Part shown: in pieces, positions 1 to 10,800 of the stretch
How the letters are laid out: each line of letters opens with the position of its first letter
Position numbering within the stretch: the first letter of the stretch is position 1
NCBI RefSeq assembly: GCF_009914755.1
Contig: NC_060942.1
From: the human T2T-CHM13v2.0 reference genome, Homo sapiens
DNA: 64,000 nucleotides
Reading direction: 5' to 3' (one strand)
Position numbers and translations under genes: made by a program
Notes under the pieces: generated by a model
Told to the model about the DNA's origin: nothing
Database searches by the model: none
The model's input: the letters and a program-made list of their open reading frames with translations, nothing else

Positions 1-113
1 TAGTTTCTGATGTGTGTCCTCAACTAACACAGTTGAACATTTCTTTAGACAGAACAGTTTTGAAACACTCTTTTTGTGGAATCTGCAAGTGGCTATTTGG
101 CTAGATTTGAGGA

Positions 114-130
114 TTTCGTTGGAAACGGGA
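114..130 (+). promoter_or_regulatory. CENP-B box 1 of the HOR (recurs in every unit)
   Basis: TTTCGTTGGAAACGGGA matches the 17-bp NTTCGNNNNANNCGGGN consensus. Confidence 0.95.
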
Positions 131-280
131 TTACATATAAAAAGCAGTCAGCAGCATTCTCAGAAAGTTCTTTGTGATGATTGCATTCAAGTCACAGAAT
201 TGAACATTCCCTTTCACAGAGCAGGTTTGAAACACTCTTTTTGTAGTGTGTGTAAGTGGACATTTGGAGCACTTACCGGC

Positions 281-297
281 CTAAGGTGAAAAAGGAA
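281..297 (+). promoter_or_regulatory. pJ-alpha-type (A-box) site in the alternate monomers (representative copy)
   Basis: CTAAGGTGAAAAAGGAA sits at the position homologous to the CENP-B box and resembles the pJ-alpha motif CTAYGGTGRAAAAGGAA; related sequences lie near 619, 956, 1294, 1636 and 1978. Confidence 0.7.
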
Positions 298-451
298 ATA
301 TCTTCCCATAAAAACTAGACAGAAGCATTCTCAGAAACTTACTCGTGATGTGTGTCCTCAACTAAAGGAGTAGAACCTTTCTTTTCATAGAGAAGTTTTG
401 AAACGCTCTTTTTGTGGAATCTGCAAGTGGATATTTGGCTAGTTTTGAGGA

Positions 452-468
452 TTTCGTTGGAAGCGGGA
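452..468 (+). promoter_or_regulatory. CENP-B box 2 of the HOR (overlaps EcoRI site 467-472)
   Basis: TTTCGTTGGAAGCGGGA; all nine core positions intact. Confidence 0.95.
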
Positions 469-789
469 ATTCATACAAATTGCAGACTGCAGCGTTCTGA
501 GAAACATCTTTGTGATGTTTGTATTCAGGACACAGAGTTGAACATTCCCTATCATAGAGCAGGTTTGAATCACTCCTTTTGTAGTATCTGGAAGTGGACA
601 TTTGGAGCGCTTTCAGGCCTATGTTGGAAAAGGAAATATCTTCCCATAACAACTAGACAGAAGCATTCTCAGAAACTTATTTGAGATGTGTGTACTCAAC
701 TAAGAGAATTGAACCACCGTTTTGAAGGAGCAGTTTTGAAACACTCTTTTTCTGGAATCTGCAAGTGGATATTTGGCTAGCTTTGGGGA

Positions 790-806
790 TTTCGCTGGAA
801 GCGGGA
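790..806 (+). promoter_or_regulatory. CENP-B box 3 of the HOR (absent from 8-mers, doubled in 16-mers)
   Basis: TTTCGCTGGAAGCGGGA; core positions intact, variation only at a degenerate position. Confidence 0.92.
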
Positions 807-1126
807 ATACATATAAAAAGCACACAGCAGCGTTCTGAGAAACTGCTTTCTGATGTTTGCATTCAAGTCAAAAGTTGAACACTCCCTTTCATAGAGCAGT
901 CTTGAAACACCCCTTTTGTAGTATCTGGAACTGGACTTTTGGAGCGATTTCAGGGCTAAGGTGAAAAAGGAAATATCTTCCCATAAAAACTGGACAGAAG
1001 CATTCTCAGAAACTTGGTTATGCTGTATCTACTCAACTAACAAAGTTGAACCTTTCTTTTGATAGAGCAGTTTTGAAATGGTCTTTTTGTGGAATCTGCA
1101 AGTGGATATTTGGCTAGTTTTGAGGA

Positions 1127-1143
1127 TTTCGTTGGAAGCGGGA
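1127..1143 (+). promoter_or_regulatory. CENP-B box 4 of the HOR (overlaps EcoRI site 1142-1147)
   Basis: TTTCGTTGGAAGCGGGA, identical to box 2 at +675. Confidence 0.95.
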
Positions 1144-1464
1144 ATTCATACAAATTGCAGACTGCAGCGTTCTGAGAAACATCTTTGTGATGTTTGTATT
1201 CAGGACACAGAGTTGAACATTCCCTATCATAGAGCAGGTTGGAATCACTCCTTTTGTAGTATCTGGAAGTGGACATTTGGAGCGCTTTCAGGCCTATTTT
1301 GGAAAGGGAAATATCTTCCCGTAACAACTATGCAGAAGCATTCTCAGAAACTTGTTTGTGATGTGTGCCCTCTACTGACAGAGTTGAACCTTTCTTTTCA
1401 TAGAGCAGTTTTGAAACACTCTTTTTGTAGAATCTGCAAGAGGATATTTGCATAGCTTTGAGGA

Positions 1465-1481
1465 TTTCGTGGGAAACGGGA
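1465..1481 (+). promoter_or_regulatory. CENP-B box 5 of the HOR
   Basis: TTTCGTGGGAAACGGGA; core positions intact. Confidence 0.92.
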
Positions 1482-1806
1482 TTGTCTTCAGGTAAAATCT
1501 AGACAGAAGCATTCTCAGAAACTTCTTTGGGATGTTTGCATTCAAGTCACAGAGTAGAACATTCCCTTTGGTAGAGCAGGTTTGAAACACTCTTTTTGTA
1601 GTATCTGGAAGTGGACATTTGGAGCGCTTTCAGGCCCATGTTGGAAAGGGAAATATCTTCCCGTAACAACTAGGCAGAAGCATTCTCAGAAACTTATTTG
1701 AGATGTGTGTACTCAACTAAGAGAATTGAACCACCGTTTTGAAGGAGCAGTTTTGAAACACTCTTTTTCTGGAATCTGCAAGAGTATATTTGCCTAGCCT
1801 TGAGGA

Positions 1807-1823
1807 TTTCGTTGGAAACGGGA
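1807..1823 (+). promoter_or_regulatory. CENP-B box 6 of the HOR
   Basis: TTTCGTTGGAAACGGGA. Box spacing round the HOR is 338, 338, 337, 338, 342, 342. Confidence 0.95.
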
Positions 1824-4800
1824 TTGTCTTCAGAGAAAATCTAGACAGAAGCATTCTCAGAAACTTCTTTGGGATGTTTGCATTCAAGTCACAGAGTAGA
1901 ACATTCCCTTTGGTAGAGCAGGTTTGAAACACTCTTTTTGTAGTATCTGGAAGTGGACATTTGGAGCGCTTTCAGGCCTACGTTGGAAAAGGAAATATCT
2001 TCCCATAACAACTAGACAGAAGCATTCTCAGAAACTAGTTTCTGATGTGTGTCCTCAACTAACACAGTTGAACATTTCTTTAGACAGAACAGTTTTGAAA
2101 CACTCTTTTTGTGGAATCTGCAAGTGGCTATTTGGCTAGATTTGAGGATTTCGTTGGAAACGGGATTACATATAAAAAGCAGTCAGCAGCATTCTCAGAA
2201 AGTTCTTTGTGATGATTGCATTCAAGTCACAGAATTGAACATTCCCTTTCACAGAGCAGGTTTGAAACACTCTTTTTGTAGTGTGTGTAAGTGGACATTT
2301 GGAGCACTTACCGGCCTAAGGTGAAAAAGGAAATATCTTCCCATAAAAACTAGACAGAAGCATTCTCAGAAACTTACTCGTGATGTGTGTCCTCAACTAA
2401 AGGAGTAGAACCTTTCTTTTCATAGAGAAGTTTTGAAACGCTCTTTTTGTGGAATCTGCAAGTGGATATTTGGCTAGTTTTGAGGATTTCGTTGGAAGCG
2501 GGAATTCATACAAATTGCAGACTGCAGCGTTCTGAGAAACATCTTTGTGATGTTTGTATTCAGGACACAGAGTTGAACATTCCCTATCATAGAGCAGGTT
2601 GGAATCACTCCTTTTGTAGTATCTGGAAGTGGACATTTGGAGCGCTTTCAGGCCTATGTTGGAAAAGGAAATATCTTCCCATAACAACTAGACAGAAGCA
2701 TTCTCAGAAACTTATTTGAGATGTGTGTACTCAACTAAGAGAATTGAACCACCGTTTTGAAGGAGCAGTTTTGAAACTCTCTTTTTCTGGAATCTGCAAG
2801 TGGATATTTGGCTAGCTTTGGGGATTTCGCTGGAAGCGGGAATACATATAAAAAGCACACAGCAGCGTTCTGAGAAACTGCTTTCTGATGTTTGCATTCA
2901 AGTCAAAAGTTGAACACTCCCTTTCATAGAGCAGTCTTGAAACACCCCTTTTGTAGTATCTGGAACTGGACTTTTGGAGCGATTTCAGGGCTAAGGTGAA
3001 AAAGGAAATATCTTCCCATAAAAACTGGACAGAAGCATTCTCAGAAACTTGGTTATGCTGTATCTACTCAACTAACAAAGTTGAACCTTTCTTTTGATAG
3101 AGCAGTTTTGAAATGGTCTTTTTGTGGAATCTGCAAGTGGATATTTGGCTAGTTTTGAGGATTTCGTTGGAAGCGGGAATTCATACAAATTGCAGACTGC
3201 AGCGTTCTGAGAAACATCTTTGTGATGTTTGTATTCAGGACACAGAGTTGAACATTCCCTATCATAGAGCAGGTTGGAATCACTCCTTTTGTAGTATCTG
3301 GAAGTGGACATTTGGAGCGCTTTCAGGCCTATTTTGGAAAGGGAAATATCTTCCCGTAACAACTATGCAGAAGCATTCTCAGAAACTTGTTTGTGATGTG
3401 TGCCCTCTACTGACAGAGTTGAACCTTTCTTTTCATAGAGCAGTTTTGAAACACTCTTTTTGTAGAATCTGCAAGAGGATATTTGCATAGCTTTGAGGAT
3501 TTCGTGGGAAACGGGATTGTCTTCAGGTAAAATCTAGACAGAAGCATTCTCAGAAACTTCTTTGGGATGTTTGCATTCAAGTCACAGAGTAGAACATTCC
3601 CTTTGGTAGAGCAGGTTTGAAACACTCTTTTTGTAGTATCTGGAAGTGGACATTTGGAGCGCTTTCAGGCCCATGTTGGAAAGGGAAATATCTTCCCGTA
3701 ACAACTAGGCAGAAGCATTCTCAGAAACTTATTTGAGATGTGTGTACTCAACTAAGAGAATTGAACCACCGTTTTGAAGGAGCAGTTTTGAAACACTCTT
3801 TTTCTGGAATCTGCAAGAGTATATTTGCCTAGCCTTGAGGATTTCGTTGGAAACGGGATTGTCTTCAGAGAAAATCTAGACAGAAGCATTCTCAGAAACT
3901 TCTTTGGGATGTTTGCATTCAAGTCACAGAGTAGAACATTCCCTTTGGTAGAGCAGGTTTGAAACACTCTTTTTGTAGTATCTGGAAGTGGACATTTGGA
4001 GCGCTTTCAGGCCTACGTTGGAAAAGGAAATATCTTCCCATAACAACTAGACAGAAGCATTCTCAGAAACTAGTTTCTGATGTGTGTCCTCAACTAACAC
4101 AGTTGAACATTTCTTTAGACAGAACAGTTTTGAAACACTCTTTTTGTGGAATCTGCAAGTGGCTATTTGGCTAGATTTGAGGATTTCGTTGGAAACGGGA
4201 TTACATATAAAAAGCAGTCAGCAGCATTCTCAGAAAGTTCTTTGTGATGATTGCATTCAAGTCACAGAATTGAACATTCCCTTTCACAGAGCAGGTTTGA
4301 AACACTCTTTTTGTAGTGTGTGTAAGTGGACATTTGGAGCACTTACCGGCCTAAGGTGAAAAAGGAAATATCTTCCCATAAAAACTAGACAGAAGCATTC
4401 TCAGAAACTTACTCGTGATGTGTGTCCTCAACTAAAGGAGTAGAACCTTTCTTTTCATAGAGAAGTTTTGAAACGCTCTTTTTGTGGAATCTGCAAGTGG
4501 ATATTTGGCTAGTTTTGAGGATTTCGTTGGAAGCGGGAATTCATACAAATTGCAGACTGCAGCGTTCTGAGAAACATCTTTGTGATGTTTGTATTCAGGA
4601 CACAGAGTTGAACATTCCCTATCATAGAGCAGGTTGGAATCACTCCTTTTGTAGTATCTGGAAGTGGACATTTGGAGCGCTTTCAGGCCTATGTTGGAAA
4701 AGGAAATATCTTCCCATAACAACTAGACAGAAGCATTCTCAGAAACTTATTTGAGATGTGTGTACTCAACTAAGAGAATTGAACCACCGTTTTGAAGGAG

Positions 4801-7800
4801 CAGTTTTGAAACTCTCTTTTTCTGGAATCTGCAAGTGGATATTTGGCTAGCTTTGGGGATTTCGCTGGAAGCGGGAATACATATAAAAAGCACACAGCAG
4901 CGTTCTGAGAAACTGCTTTCTGATGTTTGCATTCAAGTCAAAAGTTGAACACTCCCTTTCATAGAGCAGTCTTGAAACACCCCTTTTGTAGTATCTGGAA
5001 CTGGACTTTTGGAGCGATTTCAGGGCTAAGGTGAAAAAGGAAATATCTTCCCATAAAAACTGGACAGAAGCATTCTCAGAAACTTGGTTATGCTGTATCT
5101 ACTCAACTAACAAAGTTGAACCTTTCTTTTGATAGAGCAGTTTTGAAATGGTCTTTTTGTGGAATCTGCAAGTGGATATTTGGCTAGTTTTGAGGATTTC
5201 GTTGGAAGCGGGAATTCATACAAATTGCAGACTGCAGCGTTCTGAGAAACATCTTTGTGATGTTTGTATTCAGGACACAGAGTTGAACATTCCCTATCAT
5301 AGAGCAGGTTGGAATCACTCCTTTTGTAGTATCTGGAAGTGGACATTTGGAGCGCTTTCAGGCCTATTTTGGAAAGGGAAATATCTTCCCGTAACAACTA
5401 TGCAGAAGCATTCTCAGAAACTTGTTTGTGATGTGTGCCCTCTACTGACAGAGTTGAACCTTTCTTTTCATAGAGCAGTTTTGAAACACTCTTTTTGTAG
5501 AATCTGCAAGAGGATATTTGCATAGCTTTGAGGATTTCGTGGGAAACGGGATTGTCTTCAGGTAAAATCTAGACAGAAGCATTCTCAGAAACTTCTTTGG
5601 GATGTTTGCATTCAAGTCACAGAGTAGAACATTCCCTTTGGTAGAGCAGGTTTGAAACACTCTTTTTGTAGTATCTGGAAGTGGACATTTGGAGCGCTTT
5701 CAGGCCCATGTTGGAAAGGGAAATATCTTCCCGTAACAACTAGGCAGAAGCATTCTCAGAAACTTATTTGAGATGTGTGTACTCAACTAAGAGAATTGAA
5801 CCACCGTTTTGAAGGAGCAGTTTTGAAACACTCTTTTTCTGGAATCTGCAAGAGTATATTTGCCTAGCCTTGAGGATTTCGTTGGAAACGGGATTGTCTT
5901 CAGAGAAAATCTAGACAGAAGCATTCTCAGAAACTTCTTTGGGATGTTTGCATTCAAGTCACAGAGTAGAACATTCCCTTTGGTAGAGCAGGTTTGAAAC
6001 ACTCTTTTTGTAGTATCTGGAAGTGGACATTTGGAGCGCTTTCAGGCCTACGTTGGAAAAGGAAATATCTTCCCATAACAACTAGACAGAAGCATTCTCA
6101 GAAACTAGTTTCTGATGTGTGTCCTCAACTAACACAGTTGAACATTTCTTTAGACAGAACAGTTTTGAAACACTCTTTTTGTGGAATCTGCAAGTGGCTA
6201 TTTGGCTAGATTTGAGGATTTCGTTGGAAACGGGATTACATATAAAAAGCAGTCAGCAGCATTCTCAGAAAGTTCTTTGTGATGATTGCATTCAAGTCAC
6301 AGAATTGAACATTCCCTTTCACAGAGCAGGTTTGAAACACTCTTTTTGTAGTGTGTGTAAGTGGACATTTGGAGCACTTACCGGCCTAAGGTGAAAAAGG
6401 AAATATCTTCCCATAAAAACTAGACAGAAGCATTCTCAGAAACTTACTCGTGATGTGTGTCCTCAACTAAAGGAGTAGAACCTTTCTTTTCATAGAGAAG
6501 TTTTGAAACGCTCTTTTTGTGGAATCTGCAAGTGGATATTTGGCTAGTTTTGAGGATTTCGTTGGAAGCGGGAATTCATACAAATTGCAGACTGCAGCGT
6601 TCTGAGAAACATCTTTGTGATGTTTGTATTCAGGACACAGAGTTGAACATTCCCTATCATAGAGCAGGTTGGAATCACTCCTTTTGTAGTATCTGGAAGT
6701 GGACATTTGGAGCGCTTTCAGGCCTATGTTGGAAAAGGAAATATCTTCCCATAACAACTAGACAGAAGCATTCTCAGAAACTTATTTGAGATGTGTGTAC
6801 TCAACTAAGAGAATTGAACCACCGTTTTGAAGGAGCAGTTTTGAAACTCTCTTTTTCTGGAATCTGCAAGTGGATATTTGGCTAGCTTTGGGGATTTCGC
6901 TGGAAGCGGGAATACATATAAAAAGCACACAGCAGCGTTCTGAGAAACTGCTTTCTGATGTTTGCATTCAAGTCAAAAGTTGAACACTCCCTTTCATAGA
7001 GCAGTCTTGAAACACCCCTTTTGTAGTATCTGGAACTGGACTTTTGGAGCGATTTCAGGGCTAAGGTGAAAAAGGAAATATCTTCCCATAAAAACTGGAC
7101 AGAAGCATTCTCAGAAACTTGGTTATGCTGTATCTACTCAACTAACAAAGTTGAACCTTTCTTTTGATAGAGCAGTTTTGAAATGGTCTTTTTGTGGAAT
7201 CTGCAAGTGGATATTTGGCTAGTTTTGAGGATTTCGTTGGAAGCGGGAATTCATACAAATTGCAGACTGCAGCGTTCTGAGAAACATCTTTGTGATGTTT
7301 GTATTCAGGACACAGAGTTGAACATTCCCTATCATAGAGCAGGTTGGAATCACTCCTTTTGTAGTATCTGGAAGTGGACATTTGGAGCGCTTTCAGGCCT
7401 ATTTTGGAAAGGGAAATATCTTCCCGTAACAACTATGCAGAAGCATTCTCAGAAACTTGTTTGTGATGTGTGCCCTCTACTGACAGAGTTGAACCTTTCT
7501 TTTCATAGAGCAGTTTTGAAACACTCTTTTTGTAGAATCTGCAAGAGGATATTTGCATAGCTTTGAGGATTTCGTGGGAAACGGGATTGTCTTCAGGTAA
7601 AATCTAGACAGAAGCATTCTCAGAAACTTCTTTGGGATGTTTGCATTCAAGTCACAGAGTAGAACATTCCCTTTGGTAGAGCAGGTTTGAAACACTCTTT
7701 TTGTAGTATCTGGAAGTGGACATTTGGAGCGCTTTCAGGCCCATGTTGGAAAGGGAAATATCTTCCCGTAACAACTAGGCAGAAGCATTCTCAGAAACTT

Positions 7801-10800
7801 ATTTGAGATGTGTGTACTCAACTAAGAGAATTGAACCACCGTTTTGAAGGAGCAGTTTTGAAACACTCTTTTTCTGGAATCTGCAAGAGTATATTTGCCT
7901 AGCCTTGAGGATTTCGTTGGAAACGGGATTGTCTTCAGAGAAAATCTAGACAGAAGCATTCTCAGAAACTTCTTTGGGATGTTTGCATTCAAGTCACAGA
8001 GTAGAACATTCCCTTTGGTAGAGCAGGTTTGAAACACTCTTTTTGTAGTATCTGGAAGTGGACATTTGGAGCGCTTTCAGGCCTACGTTGGAAAAGGAAA
8101 TATCTTCCCATAACAACTAGACAGAAGCATTCTCAGAAACTAGTTTCTGATGTGTGTCCTCAACTAACACAGTTGAACATTTCTTTAGACAGAACAGTTT
8201 TGAAACACTCTTTTTGTGGAATCTGCAAGTGGCTATTTGGCTAGATTTGAGGATTTCGTTGGAAACGGGATTACATATAAAAAGCAGTCAGCAGCATTCT
8301 CAGAAAGTTCTTTGTGATGATTGCATTCAAGTCACAGAATTGAACATTCCCTTTCACAGAGCAGGTTTGAAACACTCTTTTTGTAGTGTGTGTAAGTGGA
8401 CATTTGGAGCACTTACCGGCCTAAGGTGAAAAAGGAAATATCTTCCCATAAAAACTAGACAGAAGCATTCTCAGAAACTTACTCGTGATGTGTGTCCTCA
8501 ACTAAAGGAGTAGAACCTTTCTTTTCATAGAGAAGTTTTGAAACGCTCTTTTTGTGGAATCTGCAAGTGGATATTTGGCTAGTTTTGAGGATTTCGTTGG
8601 AAGCGGGAATTCATACAAATTGCAGACTGCAGCGTTCTGAGAAACATCTTTGTGATGTTTGTATTCAGGACACAGAGTTGAACATTCCCTATCATAGAGC
8701 AGGTTTGAATCACTCCTTTTGTAGTATCTGGAAGTGGACATTTGGAGCGCTTTCAGGCCTATGTTGGAAAAGGAAATATCTTCCCATAACAACTAGACAG
8801 AAGCATTCTCAGAAACTTATTTGAGATGTGTGTACTCAACTAAGAGAATTGAACCACCGTTTTGAAGGAGCAGTTTTGAAACTCTCTTTTTCTGGAATCT
8901 GCAAGTGGATATTTGGCTAGCTTTGGGGATTTCGCTGGAAGCGGGAATACATATAAAAAGCACACAGCAGCGTTCTGAGAAACTGCTTTCTGATGTTTGC
9001 ATTCAAGTCAAAAGTTGAACACTCCCTTTCATAGAGCAGTCTTGAAACACCCCTTTTGTAGTATCTGGAACTGGACTTTTGGAGCGATTTCAGGGCTAAG
9101 GTGAAAAAGGAAATATCTTCCCATAAAAACTGGACAGAAGCATTCTCAGAAACTTGGTTATGCTGTATCTACTCAACTAACAAAGTTGAACCTTTCTTTT
9201 GATAGAGCAGTTTTGAAATGGTCTTTTTGTGGAATCTGCAAGTGGATATTTGGCTAGTTTTGAGGATTTCGTTGGAAGCGGGAATTCATACAAATTGCAG
9301 ACTGCAGCGTTCTGAGAAACATCTTTGTGATGTTTGTATTCAGGACACAGAGTTGAACATTCCCTATCATAGAGCAGGTTGGAATCACTCCTTTTGTAGT
9401 ATCTGGAAGTGGACATTTGGAGCGCTTTCAGGCCTATTTTGGAAAGGGAAATATCTTCCCGTAACAACTATGCAGAAGCATTCTCAGAAACTTGTTTGTG
9501 ATGTGTGCCCTCTACTGACAGAGTTGAACCTTTCTTTTCATAGAGCAGTTTTGAAACACTCTTTTTGTAGAATCTGCAAGAGGATATTTGCATAGCTTTG
9601 AGGATTTCGTGGGAAACGGGATTGTCTTCAGGTAAAATCTAGACAGAAGCATTCTCAGAAACTTCTTTGGGATGTTTGCATTCATGTCACAGAGTAGAAC
9701 ATTCCCTTTGGTAGAGCAGGTTTGAAACACTCTTTTTGTAGTATCTGGAAGTGGACATTTGGAGCGCTTTCAGGCCCATGTTGGAAAGGGAAATATCTTC
9801 CCGTAACAACTAGGCAGAAGCATTCTCAGAAACTTATTTGAGATGTGTGTACTCAACTAAGAGAATTGAACCACCGTTTTGAAGGAGCAGTTTTGAAACA
9901 CTCTTTTTCTGGAATCTGCAAGAGTATATTTGCCTAGCCTTGAGGATTTCGTTGGAAACGGGATTGTCTTCAGAGAAAATCTAGACAGAAGCATTCTCAG
10001 AAACTTCTTTGGGATGTTTGCATTCAAGTCACAGAGTAGAACATTCCCTTTGGTAGAGCAGGTTTGAAACACTCTTTTTTTAGTATATGGAAGTGGACAT
10101 TTGGATCGCTTTCAGGCCTACGTTGGAAAAGGAAATATCTTCCCATAACAACTAGACAGAAGCATTCTCAGAAACTAGTTTCTGATGTGTGTCCTCAACT
10201 AACACAGTTGAACATTTCTTTAGACAGAACAGTTTTGAAACACTCTTTTTGTGGAATCTGCAAGTGGCTATTTGGCTAGATTTGAGGATTTCGTTGGAAA
10301 CGGGATTACATATAAAAAGCAGTCAGCAGCATTCTCAGAAAGTTCTTTGTGATGATTGCATTCAAGTCACAGAATTGAACATTCCCTTTCACAGAGCAGG
10401 TTTGAAACACTCTTTTTGTAGTGTGTGTAAGTGGACATTTGGAGCACTTACCGGCCTAAGGTGAAAAAGGAAATATCTTCCCATAAAAACTAGACAGAAG
10501 CATTCTCAGAAACTTACTCGTGATGTGTGTCCTCAACTAAAGGAGTAGAACCTTTCTTTTCATAGAGAAGTTTTGAAACGCTCTTTTTGTGGAATCTGCA
10601 AGTGGATATTTGGCTAGTTTTGAGGATTTCGTTGGAAGCGGGAATTCATACAAATTGCAGACTGCAGCGTTCTGAGAAACATCTTTGTGATGTTTGTATT
10701 CAGGACACAGAGTTGAACATTCCCTATCATAGAGCAGGTTTGAATCACTCCTTTTGTAGTATCTGGAAGTGGACATTTGGAGCGCTTTCAGGCCTATGTT

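Larger units (their letters stand above)
1..2035 (+). repeat. Reference 12-mer HOR unit (2035 bp)
   Basis: Monomer starts at the cattctcagaaa/cgttctgagaaa motif: 155, 326, 493, 664, 831, 1001, 1168, 1339, 1510, 1681, 1852, 2023, then 2190. Lengths 171,167,171,167,170,167,171,171,171,171,171,167 sum to 2035. Monomer numbers used here count the partial monomer ending at 154 as monomer 1. Confidence 0.97.

Noticed and set aside
157-165. TTCTCAGAA / TTCTGAGAA dyad in nearly every monomer, resembling a STAT GAS motif
   Set aside because: It is part of the general alphoid consensus, and the sequence gives no evidence of regulatory use.
1306-1320. Short inverted repeats GGGAA-atatc-TTCCC and TGCAG-a-CTGCA (481-491)
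   Set aside because: The 5-bp arms are too short to claim hairpins, terminators or cruciforms without folding or probing data.
1978-1994. CTACGTTGGAAAAGGAA as a seventh CENP-B box
   Set aside because: It lacks the TTCG and CGGG core; it is an A-type site with partial resemblance only.
1-2035. Assignment to DXZ1, the X-chromosome 12-mer
   Set aside because: DXZ1 is a ~2057-bp pentamer-based SF3 HOR; this unit is 2035 bp with strict dimeric box alternation.
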